64,000 bases of DNA, from positions 8,663 through 72,662 of the forward strand of contig JBDRGY010000013.1 of NCBI GenBank assembly GCA_043817315.1. The letters run 5' to 3'. This document shows, piece by piece, positions 1 to 9,992 of the stretch. Each line of letters starts with the position of its first letter. Within the stretch, counting starts at the first letter, position 1. The translations under genes were made by a program, and so were the position numbers. The notes beneath the pieces were generated by a model, which ran no database searches, was not told the origin of the DNA, and was given only the letters and a program-made list of their open reading frames with translations. The DNA comes from Patescibacteria group bacterium. Its GTDB lineage: Bacteria; Patescibacteriota; Patescibacteriia; JBDRGY01.

Positions 1-336
1 AACTTGTACAAACAGCAGGAAGCCGATTGTTTTAACCTGGGTAAATAACAAAAAGGCCGTACCGATTAAGGCATAACCGAAGACTACTATTAATTCGTTT
101 TCTTTGATTTTGTCGCTGAACCGGGCGGAGATTAAAGTGGTCAACCCGGCCACAATGGCAAATACTCCGCCAGATAAACTGGCATCCAGTAAATCACCGC
201 CGATTTCTTCTACAAATAGAGCGTAAATCGGCCCCAACATGGCCCCGGCCAGCAAAATCAAACCGTTGGTCACTAGTAAGATTTTCAGTGACTTGGGGAA
301 CAACGGCTTTTTTCTGAATAGATAAAGGATGTTCAC
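1..336 (-). CDS. MFS transporter, N-terminal part (runs off window edge)
   Basis: Manual translation from GTG at 336: ...LKILLVTNGLILLAGAMLGPIYALFVEEIGG...LISARFSDKIK; hydrophobic helices and an MFS motif-A-like loop. Confidence 0.75.
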   Translation of the reverse strand, partial: MNILYLFRKKPLFPKSLKILLVTNGLILLAGAMLGPIYALFVEEIGGDLLDASLSGGVFAIVAGLTTLISARFSDKIKENELIVVFGYALIGTAFLLFTQVKTIGFLLFVQV

Positions 337-390
337 AAATTAATTATATAATAACTAACAGATTTCTGATAATGAAACTTTTTAATGGCC

Positions 391-419
391 TTGACAATAA
401 ATTTAATTGGTGCTAATAT
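391..419 (+). promoter_or_regulatory. sigma70 promoter
   Basis: TTGACA (391-396), 17-nt spacer ending TGC, TAATAT (414-419); SD AAGGAGG before ATG 467. Confidence 0.7.
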
Positions 420-466
420 TTTCTGAAAACTTGAGGCGGCTAGGAACTGTGGCAAGGAGGTAACTA

Positions 467-685
467 ATGGCTAGGTCGCAAGAGCTCTACCGACTTAATG
501 ATTCTATCAGGCTGGTAACGGAGCTTTTTGATTCGCTGGCAAGATACCATGAGAGGTGGTCGGGATTTCTCCCGATTTACCTGTTCTTAGTCCTACCCTG
601 CCTCGGGATCATCAAGCTCGCCCTACTGGCCGAGAGAGCGATTCTCCGGCTACGGATGGTCATCGGCCTGGCCGAGACCTACTGA
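467..685 (+). CDS. small hypothetical membrane protein (GC-rich solo cassette)
   Basis: 72-aa ORF with SD, one hydrophobic segment, own promoter, and a GGGCTC..CCTTCGGG..GAGCCC hairpin at 708-738. Confidence 0.6.
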   Translation: MARSQELYRLNDSIRLVTELFDSLARYHERWSGFLPIYLFLVLPCLGIIKLALLAERAILRLRMVIGLAETY

Positions 686-737
686 GCAGGAACCGCACAT
701 CCTCTATGGGGGCTCAACCTTCGGGAAGAGCCCTTCT

Positions 738-1070
738 TCATTTACGATAACAACCACACGGTCTAGCTTTCAATATTTTTCTTTGTTTTGGTATCGAATC
801 AACAAAAATGGATTGATCCGGTTTCCCTTTAGCATACTTTTTATCCAGTGGAGACTGGTGATTGTATCCCCTATTTTCCATTTCCTTAACCAACAGCTGA
901 TGTCTTTTATACAAAGCGGCTAATTTTCCTTCCCAGCGTTTGGTTTCCGGATGATGACGATAGCCTTTTTTGTTGTGAACTAAAATCGACCACAAGGCAT
1001 GCAACTCCCGATGTTCACCGAGCAGATGCTGGCGGCAGAGTTTTGTTACCGGAACGTCCCAGATTCTCAT
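738..1070 (-). CDS. pyrimidine dimer DNA glycosylase / endonuclease V family protein
   Basis: MRIWD...LCRQHLLGEHRELHALW...HHPETKRW...LVKEMENRGYNH family signature. Confidence 0.85.
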   Translation of the reverse strand: MRIWDVPVTKLCRQHLLGEHRELHALWSILVHNKKGYRHHPETKRWEGKLAALYKRHQLLVKEMENRGYNHQSPLDKKYAKGKPDQSIFVDSIPKQRKILKARPCGCYRK

Positions 1071-1072
1071 AT

Positions 1073-2263
1073 TTATCGGGGAATTGGTTTTAGTACATTT
1101 CCCTGCATGTAGCGAGGTGGTTCATCAGATTCTTTGGTTTTAGAGTCAGCCAAGTTTTCAGGAATAGCAATATTTAATCCGGTCAAGATATTTTCGAACT
1201 GATGAAATACTTCATTCCTACCCAGACTGCAACCGCCATATGACTCAAACTTATAAATCGTGGCAAACTCACCATTGTCTAATTTCTTATCATATAGTTT
1301 TAAATATATGACAAAATCACTATCAACTTTGCTATATAATATGATTGAGTCTCTTTGTTGACGATATACATTTCCTTCAATAATTGTTGCTAAAATATTG
1401 GGTGACACCTCTGTTAATTCTCGCTCGGATAACTCTGAACAATATCCTGAGTCTTGGCAACTTCCCTTTGCCACTAAACTTTCTCTATTCTTGTTATATT
1501 CTTCAAGTGTCATAAATAACTGTTTATTATCGAAATACTCGGCAACAACCTCAATATTATTTGGCAGTGATTTAACAAATTCCCGTAAGTCAATCCTTTG
1601 GTCAAGCGGCAAATCATATATTCCTCCCCAATCTTTATACCCCACACAATCACCTTTTTCGTCAGGCTTCCAGGTGGGATTTTCTGGTTCATTTTCAAAA
1701 GTCAAATTCGGACAGTTAATGTCAGCCCAGCGCTGATATTTATCCATACAATAACGTAGTGTATAGTCCGCCTCGGTCCAGCAAATAACTTCATTAGGAT
1801 CATCATACAAGCTATTTGAATAGCCTTGCCAACAACAGTAGTCATCCTCGTTCTGCCATATCTTCTGGATTATTAAGCCAATTTGATTTCCATCATTTCT
1901 CCTCAATATTAATCTGGCTTGATCATAATAATTATCTTCATTCTCAAAATCAATAATTTTAGCACCTTGATCACCGTCTGCCAAAAGATTAATACGAATT
2001 ATTGGGTTTTCTGCATACTCGCCAATCTCTTCACTATGATAATAAATATCAGCCAACTCCAGTGTAGTATTCGTTCCTTTTATGCAAATTTTATCTCCCT
2101 CTACCATATTTACTTCATTCTCGTATTCAACAACCGTATAACCCTCACATTTTTCCTCATCCTGACCTGTTTTATTCAATTCAAAGTAATAATAAATTAC
2201 TCCCAACAGAAGAACTACTGCTGCCATTATAACAACGGTTATCTTAAACGAATAATTTTTCAT
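1073..2263 (-). CDS. hypothetical exported protein with N-terminal anchor
   Basis: Likely start MKNYSF at 2263 (track extension overlaps heliorhodopsin); one TM then an acidic, Cys-containing domain. Confidence 0.65.
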   Translation of the reverse strand: MKNYSFKITVVIMAAVVLLLGVIYYYFELNKTGQDEEKCEGYTVVEYENEVNMVEGDKICIKGTNTTLELADIYYHSEEIGEYAENPIIRINLLADGDQGAKIIDFENEDNYYDQARLILRRNDGNQIGLIIQKIWQNEDDYCCWQGYSNSLYDDPNEVICWTEADYTLRYCMDKYQRWADINCPNLTFENEPENPTWKPDEKGDCVGYKDWGGIYDLPLDQRIDLREFVKSLPNNIEVVAEYFDNKQLFMTLEEYNKNRESLVAKGSCQDSGYCSELSERELTEVSPNILATIIEGNVYRQQRDSIILYSKVDSDFVIYLKLYDKKLDNGEFATIYKFESYGGCSLGRNEVFHQFENILTGLNIAIPENLADSKTKESDEPPRYMQGNVLKPIPR

Positions 2264-2280
2264 ACTTGTTGCATTAAAAA

Positions 2281-3072
2281 TTAGACCGGCCTTAAAGTTC
2301 CAGCAAACACCTGCCAGGCCAAAAGTGATTTGGCCACTAAACTTAGAATGATATAAGCCCGCTCGCCGTACAGATAATCGCTCCACTTGCCCACTTTTTT
2401 ATACTGCAGAACCATGTTGATCGCAAAGACATTGAAGAACAGAAAAATGGAAAAGAAAATCCAGTAGACAAAACTGGGTGCTTTAGCGTCACCGCTGCCG
2501 GCATTAAACAGATGAATAGCAACAGCCACCCAGGGAATGGCTCCGGCCAGACAACCGAACCAGAAAGAATGCCATTTGGTTTTCTGGGTTGTTTGGTTGT
2601 GCATTTCCATGATCAAGCCGAACAGAATCATTATGCCGTTTAAGGAGAATAACGCCATTAACGCCACCAAGTCATAAATTCCCACTAACATGCAGATTAT
2701 CAAAATCATCAGAGAGGAACTGAAGAAATATTCGATCCAGCGGGCATAGTTGGCACCCTTGGCTAAGTTCCTGTTATACCAGTCATTTATTTTGGGCAGG
2801 GTCAGCAGTAAATGAGCTAAAGCTGAGAGCAATAAAAATCCGGAAACTAGTGGTCCAACCGGCAATTCCCATAGTTTGTTTAAAACCGGTTCCAGCATTT
2901 TGGTAACCCTATTCAATTCGACAAAGGAGGTATAAACCGGCAGCTTGAAATCGTTGGCCAGCAGCAACATGGCGATTCCCTGCCCCAGATGGAGAAAGAA
3001 CATGATTAGGTTAAACCGGCGCAGTTTTTTAAATTTTGTTTGATCGGGTAACTGTGTTGTGGTTTGGTCCAT
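2281..3072 (-). CDS. heliorhodopsin (HeR)
   Basis: 7 TM; RWIEYFFSSSLM motif and SLVAKSLLAWQVF with the retinal-binding Lys. Confidence 0.93.
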   Translation of the reverse strand: MDQTTTQLPDQTKFKKLRRFNLIMFFLHLGQGIAMLLLANDFKLPVYTSFVELNRVTKMLEPVLNKLWELPVGPLVSGFLLLSALAHLLLTLPKINDWYNRNLAKGANYARWIEYFFSSSLMILIICMLVGIYDLVALMALFSLNGIMILFGLIMEMHNQTTQKTKWHSFWFGCLAGAIPWVAVAIHLFNAGSGDAKAPSFVYWIFFSIFLFFNVFAINMVLQYKKVGKWSDYLYGERAYIILSLVAKSLLAWQVFAGTLRPV

Positions 3073-3097
3073 ATTTTTGTTGAATAATAATAAGCAA

Positions 3098-3586
3098 TTA
3101 CATTATAGCAGAAATTAGCTCTTTGATAACTTCCTTCTCATTTTTCCCTTCAGTATCAACAACTTGGCCTGCTTCAAACGTAGTGTTAATCCGGTACATC
3201 GCTTCAATACTGATCCGATTCATTGCATTCTTTTTCCTGGCCAGGTTCCTCTGCCAACAAGTTTCCAAAGACGCTTTCAAAGTGAAAATGAAAGGTTTGC
3301 CCGACAATTCTTTAACTAACTGATCGATTTGTTCTTGGTAATAAAAATTGCCATCAAAAACGACCGGCTTCCCCTGCTCCAAGTATTCAATAACTTTGGG
3401 CTTGATTATGGTTTGGACTTTTAAGAAATTGCCGACTGGAATATCTCCGTCTTTAATTTCTAAATTGGTATCTCGTAAAACTTGGTCAATATTAAAATGA
3501 ACTCCGTTTAACAGTTTGGCAACGGCTTGGGCAATAGTTGTTTTGCCTACTCCGGCTGGGCCGCGGATGATGATAAAATTAGTCAT
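3098..3586 (-). CDS. AAA/P-loop small-molecule kinase-like protein
   Basis: Walker A GPAGVGKTT; VVFDG; RNLAR lid. Confidence 0.8.
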   Translation of the reverse strand: MTNFIIIRGPAGVGKTTIAQAVAKLLNGVHFNIDQVLRDTNLEIKDGDIPVGNFLKVQTIIKPKVIEYLEQGKPVVFDGNFYYQEQIDQLVKELSGKPFIFTLKASLETCWQRNLARKKNAMNRISIEAMYRINTTFEAGQVVDTEGKNEKEVIKELISAIM

Positions 3587-3619
3587 GGGTATAGTATAAC
3601 AGAAACGCAGATGATTTTC

Positions 3620-3979
3620 TTATTCAGATAATAGCCGACAAATCCTCTCAATCACTCCTTCCATATTTTTGTAAACATCCAGGTTATTTACCCGAAGGAA
3701 TCTAATACCGAATGACTCAATGAATTGCTGGCGTTCTTTATCATATATTCTGGCCTGATCAGAAAGATGAGTTGGGCCGTCAATTTCAATGGCCAATCTG
3801 GCTTTAGGACAATAGAAATCGACCACATATTTGCTAATACTATACTGACGACGGAATTTAAAACCTTCTAGTTGCTTATTTCTTAAATGCAACCATAGAA
3901 TATGCTCAGCCGGAGGCATTTGCCGACGTAAATACCGTCTACTGCCTTTGGTTCGTTTTTTATTATATAGTCTTGTCAT
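3620..3979 (-). CDS. DUF559 / Vsr-like endonuclease domain protein
   Basis: AEHILWLHLR...KFRRQY...YVVDFYC...LAIEIDGPTH...YDKERQQF...GIRFLRV. Confidence 0.9.
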   Translation of the reverse strand: MTRLYNKKRTKGSRRYLRRQMPPAEHILWLHLRNKQLEGFKFRRQYSISKYVVDFYCPKARLAIEIDGPTHLSDQARIYDKERQQFIESFGIRFLRVNNLDVYKNMEGVIERICRLLSE

Positions 3980-3986
3980 AATTGTT

Positions 3987-4190
3987 GACCTCCCCTCTGA
4001 ACCAACTCTGCAAAAACACCTGGCTCATTCTCCCCTCCTTACTAAGGAGGGGTAAAGCGTTTATTGGTTTTTCACAGACGTGGGTTTCGTGGGAGCGGTT
4101 CATTGATAAACTGATGAGCCTTCACTATCGTCGAGGAGGGGAAAACGATTATTAGTTCTTGTAAAACTTGGGTGACAAGGAGGTGGTTGG
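3987..4190. repeat. REP-like palindromic element upstream of DUF559 gene (copy 1)
   Basis: GACCTCCCCTCT...GCAAAAACACCT...CCCCTCCTTA-C-TAAGGAGGGG (4032-4052); partial AGGAGGGGAAAACG copy near 4135; homologous to 56597-56712. Confidence 0.7.
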
Positions 4191-4288
4191 TTAATTATCT
4201 AACTAACAAAAACCTCCCCGTCTGTCTTTTCTGGGAAGGTTTTAATGTCTTTAATTTATTCTACCTGGGAAGAATTGTCAACTATCTC

Positions 4289-4783
4289 CTAGAAATCATA
4301 CCAATCAATCGGATCTATTCTGGTCACTGTTTCGTTCCTGTCTACAGTGACTTTAACCGCTTTATGGCCGGTACAGCTAATATCCATCCCACAAACTACA
4401 AACTGGGAATAGTAAGCTTGATAGTCATCCAGAGCTTCCCCGGTCGTGCTATCCGGATCAATCAGATAAGAGAAAATATGATAATCTCCCGGCGGGACGG
4501 AAATCTCATAACCGAGATTATAAGTGTAATCGTCACCTTCGAGCATTTCATAAGTACAATACTGATCATAGCCATCGGTGGTCTCGGCACAAATTCCCAA
4601 AGCCGGTATTTCTTCCGAAGGATAACCTAAAGATCCGCCGATTTTGCCCCAGTGGGCTTCGGAATCAATTTCCTCAACCTTGGTTATTTCATTGGGGACG
4701 TGAGCTAACCATAAGCCCAAAATAATAATAGCCACAATTATGACTATCAGCAGGATGATGATAATTTTTAAAGGTTTTTTCAT
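4289..4783 (-). CDS. hypothetical exported protein
   Basis: N-terminal TM; Cys-containing acidic domain ending in IDPIDWY; terminator hairpin at 4209-4243. Confidence 0.7.
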   Translation of the reverse strand: MKKPLKIIIILLIVIIVAIIILGLWLAHVPNEITKVEEIDSEAHWGKIGGSLGYPSEEIPALGICAETTDGYDQYCTYEMLEGDDYTYNLGYEISVPPGDYHIFSYLIDPDSTTGEALDDYQAYYSQFVVCGMDISCTGHKAVKVTVDRNETVTRIDPIDWYDF

Positions 4784-4793
4784 GATATTGTGG

Positions 4794-6131
4794 TTAGCTA
4801 ATTCTTAGGTAAGACCAGCCCTTAATAAATTCCCGGACGGTGGTCACTTCTTTTTTATACGGATCCAGCACTTTGGCATCCAGCAATCTGGGGTCGACGT
4901 TTTTCAGCTGATTGGGGGGAATGCCCGGATTACTTTTGGAGCCGCCGGATAATTTCTTCAGTGCCTTAACCATGTCATCCCATTCCAGATTCCCAATTCC
5001 CGGCGGGCGGATCATGATAGAGGTATGATTTAAGAGATTACTGTAGGATTCTCCGGTAATCGATAATAGCCCTTCATGCTTCTGGCCAGGCTTAGCCGGG
5101 TCCTTGTTTATATCCAGCTTGTTGAGTAAATCTCGTTCCAGCCATTGCATAGAATCGCCGCAGCGACCGAACTGGTAAGTATCCACAAAATCAGCACTGT
5201 TGCCGTTAAAACCGTGATCAAAAATGGCTACCAGGTGCTGCCACCAGTATTGTGGGTGCAACTTACTGGTTTCGGTTTTAATGTTTTTGATTTGATTCAA
5301 AAACCACTCTTCAATCTTGTCCGGATCCAGGATTTTATCAATCTCTTCTTGAGTGTATTTATAACCTAACCTGATTCGGATTTTTTCCGTCTCTTCTTTA
5401 CGATTTACTTTCACTTTTTTGGTCAAATTACCGTTTTGGTCAAAGGTATAGGTAGTGTCATTATCACCATCTACCGAAATAGTATTGGTTAGACGATTAA
5501 GGTCATCTTTAATATCAATCTGGCACTTACAGGCGGGGAAAGTTCCAGAAAAAGAAGTTAAGACGGCATTTTTGTGGCCTCTTAAATATTTATTACAGTG
5601 ACTCTCACAGGTCGGGCCAGTAGCAGTTCCACCAGTGTTCAGGGAAATGTTGGTGCCAGCCTGGGAAATATTTACATTCTGATTAGAATTGGTGTTAGTG
5701 TTTTGGTTGGCGTTGGTATTAGTAGCTTGATTGGTATTTGGATTGGTGCTGACGCTGGTGTTGGTATTATTGCTGGAATTGGTATTGGTGGTTGTTCCTG
5801 TATCCCCCGGACAATCTTCATCCAAACCGACGCAAGCATAAAGACAACCTGAACAACCTTCGTTGTCTGATCCTTTATAACACTCCTTGTTGGGATCAGT
5901 TGGATCTTCATTGATACTGCCGGAAGAACCGCAGATACAATGTCCGGTGTAGGAATAATGGGCATCGCCAATATCGTTACAATTGGTCTGTTTACAGCCT
6001 ACTCCGCTCATTCGGTCCCAGGTATAACCCGGTCCACAATCTGCCTCGGTTATGGCCTGAACGGATACAGCCGAAATCAATAATAAAAAGCCTATTACTA
6101 AGGCAAACCAAAAATATTTTTTCATTCCCAT
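4794..6131 (-). CDS. secreted Cys-rich protein with Asn/Thr linker and putative transglutaminase/papain-like C-terminal domain
   Basis: Signal peptide (VQA|I), Cys-rich N-terminus, NTN linker, then GRCGD / NHTS / VLDPY spacing typical of a Cys-His-Asp triad. Confidence 0.6.
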   Translation of the reverse strand: MGMKKYFWFALVIGFLLLISAVSVQAITEADCGPGYTWDRMSGVGCKQTNCNDIGDAHYSYTGHCICGSSGSINEDPTDPNKECYKGSDNEGCSGCLYACVGLDEDCPGDTGTTTNTNSSNNTNTSVSTNPNTNQATNTNANQNTNTNSNQNVNISQAGTNISLNTGGTATGPTCESHCNKYLRGHKNAVLTSFSGTFPACKCQIDIKDDLNRLTNTISVDGDNDTTYTFDQNGNLTKKVKVNRKEETEKIRIRLGYKYTQEEIDKILDPDKIEEWFLNQIKNIKTETSKLHPQYWWQHLVAIFDHGFNGNSADFVDTYQFGRCGDSMQWLERDLLNKLDINKDPAKPGQKHEGLLSITGESYSNLLNHTSIMIRPPGIGNLEWDDMVKALKKLSGGSKSNPGIPPNQLKNVDPRLLDAKVLDPYKKEVTTVREFIKGWSYLRIS

Positions 6132-6225
6132 ATTACTATTAATTATTGTACTATTATATTTTAGCAGAAAATTGGGGGAAACAAAAACCTTCCTGTTTAT
6201 TGCTGGGGAAGGTTTTTGCTTTGTA

Positions 6226-6954
6226 CTATTGTAAATAACTATCCAGCGATTCCTCTGTCCCGGTGGCAGTTACTGTTTTGGGAAGAACTCCTTTTAAATA
6301 AGCTTCATTAGCATGGTATTCAAGTACTTCCAGACTGAATCCCGGCACTTTGGCTAATTCTTCATTAATTATTTCTTGGGCTTTGGCTGAAATTTCTTCG
6401 TAATACTTACTAGGGACCGTCAGGCGGCCAACTTTGGCCTGGAGTAAATTTACGGACACTGTTTTTGCCGAAGTTTTAACCACATCCACATCCACGTAGG
6501 CCGGAGCGTTGATAAAAGGAACAACAAAGGCGGAAATCTCCATTCCCCCTTCCCGGAGTTTAACCTGAATATCCCTGACGTGTTTGCCTTCCCCATGGTA
6601 TTTCTGAATGAAAGCAGTCATTTCAGCAGAAGAATGTCGGTCATCAACCGGCACGGTACCGGCGTACTCCTTGGCCTGGGTCCAATAAAATGTTCCGGGC
6701 TCGGCTTCAATGGTCATCGGGTTGTCCGCTTCAGCCTGCTTTAGGTCTTCTACAGTTGGATGCACCCCCAGATCAATCGGTTTGTTGGTGCCAAAGATAG
6801 CGGATACAACGGGAATCTGAAAAATTCCAGTGTAACCCAGGGCAGCAAGCGGCAAAACAATAAATACAAAAACTAGGATTATTACTGTCCACAGCAGTTT
6901 GTGAGATTTCTTTTTTGGCTTTTGTTCTTCTGGTTGTTTAGCTTGGTCTTCCAT
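6226..6954 (-). CDS. hypothetical membrane-anchored protein
   Basis: 242-aa ORF with N-terminal TM; terminator at 6183-6217. Confidence 0.7.
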   Translation of the reverse strand: MEDQAKQPEEQKPKKKSHKLLWTVIILVFVFIVLPLAALGYTGIFQIPVVSAIFGTNKPIDLGVHPTVEDLKQAEADNPMTIEAEPGTFYWTQAKEYAGTVPVDDRHSSAEMTAFIQKYHGEGKHVRDIQVKLREGGMEISAFVVPFINAPAYVDVDVVKTSAKTVSVNLLQAKVGRLTVPSKYYEEISAKAQEIINEELAKVPGFSLEVLEYHANEAYLKGVLPKTVTATGTEESLDSYLQ

Positions 6955-7013
6955 TGTTTTAGAGATTAATAATTGAACAATATTATTTTAGCAGAAAAAT
7001 GGGGAAAAACAAA

Positions 7014-8246
7014 CTAGATACTATCACCCAAACAATAACCGGTAGTCCAACACATTTGCAGATTATAACCGCCAGTGGGGCCGTCTAAGTCCAAGATCTC
7101 TCCGGCCAGATAAAGATTATCAATAATCTTGGATTGCATATTCTTAGGATCAACTTCTTTGAGATCCACTCCCCCGCTGGTAACGATAGCCCGATTGAAG
7201 CCAGCCAAGTTTTTAACCTGCAAAGTAAAATCTTTGATCAAATGGACTAATTTCTTTCTTTCGGCTTGGCTAATGGCATTAACCTTCTTATCCGGATCGA
7301 TCTGAGACAGTTTGATCATGACCGGAATCAACTTTTTAGGTAAGAGAGCGGCTAAACTGTTTCTGAATAATTTATTATTTAACAGGGCAAAGTCTCTTTG
7401 CAGGCGTTTATCCAAGGCGGGGAAATCCAGGGCCGGTTTGAAATCAAGGTGCAACTCTACTTTTCCTTTTTTCAGAGACTGGCCGACTGCTTTACTCATA
7501 TCAATAGCAATGGGACCACTTAAGCCATTATCGGTAAACAACGCTTCACCAAAAGAAGATAAGATCTTCTTGCCTTTTTGATAGGGACTGATAGTAACAT
7601 TTTTAAGGCTTAATCCTTCCAGTTCCTTAATCCACTTTTCCCGCAAGATAATGGGAACAATGGCCGGGACTAGTTCTGTAATTTTATGCCCCATTTTTTT
7701 AAGCCAGGCATAAGCGTCACCAGTCGAACCGGTCACTGGGTGCCCTTGGCCTCCGGTACAGATAGCATATTTGTCTGCTAAATACTTTTGTCCATCGCTG
7801 AGGACGATTTGGGTAATTTTATTATTGCATCTTTCTATCGATTTAACGGTAGCCTTGGTCTGGATGGTTACCTTATTTTCTTTTAAATAATTTGTTAAAG
7901 CTCCAATCACATCGGCTGACTGATTGCTCTGGGGAAAAACCCGATTGCCTCGCTCAATTTTGGTGGGAACTCCTCGTTGCTTGAGGAAATCCAGCATCTC
8001 TTGAACGCCAAATTTATTTAAGCCGGAAAAAAGAAAACGGCCGTTGCGTCCATATTTGGCAATTAACTTCCTGGTATCAAATTCAGCGTTGGTAATATTA
8101 CATCGTCCTTTGCCGGTAACTCCTAGTTTAGTTCCCAACTTAGCGTTTTTCTCCAACAATAATACGCGGGCGCCTTTGGCCCCGGCTCTGCCGGCAGCCA
8201 TCATCCCGGCCGGTCCTCCCCCGATTACTATTAAATCATAGATCAT
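7014..8246 (-). CDS. HI0933/BaiN-family NAD(P)/FAD-dependent oxidoreductase
   Basis: GGGPAG; TGKGRCNITN; VTSGGV; GEILDLDGPTGGYNLQ. Confidence 0.93.
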   Translation of the reverse strand: MIYDLIVIGGGPAGMMAAGRAGAKGARVLLLEKNAKLGTKLGVTGKGRCNITNAEFDTRKLIAKYGRNGRFLFSGLNKFGVQEMLDFLKQRGVPTKIERGNRVFPQSNQSADVIGALTNYLKENKVTIQTKATVKSIERCNNKITQIVLSDGQKYLADKYAICTGGQGHPVTGSTGDAYAWLKKMGHKITELVPAIVPIILREKWIKELEGLSLKNVTISPYQKGKKILSSFGEALFTDNGLSGPIAIDMSKAVGQSLKKGKVELHLDFKPALDFPALDKRLQRDFALLNNKLFRNSLAALLPKKLIPVMIKLSQIDPDKKVNAISQAERKKLVHLIKDFTLQVKNLAGFNRAIVTSGGVDLKEVDPKNMQSKIIDNLYLAGEILDLDGPTGGYNLQMCWTTGYCLGDSI

Positions 8247-8333
8247 CTTAGTTTCTCCATATTCCCATTTATTTAGGCATTAGTCAAAATAAAAAAATCC
8301 TTGCTAAAAAACTTTAGCCAGGATTTGATAATG

Positions 8334-9851
8334 TTATAAAATCCCGAATACTTTGCGAAAATGAAACCCATAAATTGCAAAACCAATTACTGAAGAGAAG
8401 AGCTGGGGGTGCCTGAATAAAGACCAAAAGAACAGTTTCCAGAAGCCTCCCCTGGACCTATCTTTGATACCCAGAAACCAGATGGATTTAAATATGGCAC
8501 CGGAGAAACCATAATGTAAACGGATATAACGAAAATGAAAATGGGATGACCTCTCTGGTAATTTATTTTTTTCCTTCAAGAATCTCTTAACCCGTTTGTA
8601 ATAAGGCTTGGGAGAGTAAATCCCGCTGATAATTTTTTTATATCCCTGTACCAGGTTTTCATATTTGATTTTAGTAACAAAGTTGGTAGAAAAATCGGTG
8701 TTGTCACCCGTCATATCTTTCAATATCCTGCCTTCTTTGGTAAGACGCTGATAGAGTCTGGTACCCCGAGGGGCATTCAATAATCCGACCATGGCGGTTA
8801 CAATTCCACTTTTCTGGATGAAGTCAATTTGTCTTTGGAATATTGACGAATCATCATTGTCAAATCCCACGATGAATCCTCCGGTCACCTGCAAACCAAA
8901 CTGCTGGATTTTTTGGACTGAGGCGATCAAGTCACGATTCCTGTTTTGAATCTTGCCGCATTCTGCTAAGCTGGCCTCGTTGGGAGTTTCAATACCAACA
9001 AACACCCTGTTAAATCTGGCACGGGCCATCAGACGCATCAGCTCTTCATCATCAGCCAGATTAATTGAGGCTTCGGTGGTAAGAACAAAGGGATTTTTTC
9101 TTTTGGTCATCCAATCAATCATGGCCGGTAAGACATCCTTTTTTAGCTTGGGTTTATTCCCAATGAAATTATCATCAACCATAAATATTCCGCCTCTCCA
9201 GCCTCTTGAATACAGACTATTTAATTCAGTTATCATTTGATCTTTACTCTTGGTCCGTACTCCGCGTCCAAAAAGGGCAGTAATATTACAGAATTCACAG
9301 TTAAAAGGGCAGCCGCGGGAATATTGGAGATTCATCGATAAATATTTTCTCATCTTGATAAGTTCCCAGAGGGGAACCGGCGTTAATCCCAGGTCCGGAT
9401 ATTCCTTGGAGCCATAAATACGTTGAGGACAGCCGTTTTTCAAATCCTCCAAAAAGGGCGGCAGGGTAATCTCCGCTTCATTGAGTATTAGATGATCCAC
9501 ATAGGAAAAATCTTGATACTCGGTTGTAAAGAGGGGGCCACCAGCCACAACCTTGATACCCATTTTCTGACACTTCCTGATTACCTCTTTGGCTGAAGCT
9601 TTTTGAATAGACATGGCACTAATAAAAACCAGATCAGCCCCCATCAGGTCTTTATCCTTTAACTTGGAAACTTTCATATCAATCAGCTTTTTCTCCCACT
9701 CCTTAGGTAGCATGGCGGCTACTGTTAATAAGCCTAAAGGTGGATGAGAGGCCTTTTTGGAGATAAATTTTAAGGCATGCTTAAAACTCCAGAAGGTATC
9801 GGGATACTTCGGGTAAACAAGGACAACTTTGGTATTTGTTTTTCCCCTCAT
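8334..9851 (-). CDS. B12-binding radical SAM protein (DUF4070 C-terminus)
   Basis: PPLGLLTVAA cobalamin-binding domain; SRGCPFNCEFC CxxxCxxC; VDDNFIGN. Confidence 0.92.
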   Translation of the reverse strand: MRGKTNTKVVLVYPKYPDTFWSFKHALKFISKKASHPPLGLLTVAAMLPKEWEKKLIDMKVSKLKDKDLMGADLVFISAMSIQKASAKEVIRKCQKMGIKVVAGGPLFTTEYQDFSYVDHLILNEAEITLPPFLEDLKNGCPQRIYGSKEYPDLGLTPVPLWELIKMRKYLSMNLQYSRGCPFNCEFCNITALFGRGVRTKSKDQMITELNSLYSRGWRGGIFMVDDNFIGNKPKLKKDVLPAMIDWMTKRKNPFVLTTEASINLADDEELMRLMARARFNRVFVGIETPNEASLAECGKIQNRNRDLIASVQKIQQFGLQVTGGFIVGFDNDDSSIFQRQIDFIQKSGIVTAMVGLLNAPRGTRLYQRLTKEGRILKDMTGDNTDFSTNFVTKIKYENLVQGYKKIISGIYSPKPYYKRVKRFLKEKNKLPERSSHFHFRYIRLHYGFSGAIFKSIWFLGIKDRSRGGFWKLFFWSLFRHPQLFSSVIGFAIYGFHFRKVFGIL

Positions 9852-9992
9852 ATATGAATTGCTCCGCCATAATGGCGGGATTCCTGAAGATTTTGTTTAA
9901 TTAACGGCTAATTCTATTGTAGCAGATAACAGAAATAATTAAAAATCCCCAAGTATGGGGTGTATCCCAGCGAGAGACGCCACCGTTTCGGG

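Noticed and set aside
5660-5800. Low-complexity TTGGTG/ATTGGT tract as a separate repeat element
   Set aside because: Explained by the Asn/Thr-rich linker of the 4794-6131 protein
6157-7010. Duplicated TATTTTAGCAGAAAA motif at about 6158 and 6984
   Set aside because: Most simply two similar extended -10 promoters (TGCTAAAAT) for adjacent genes
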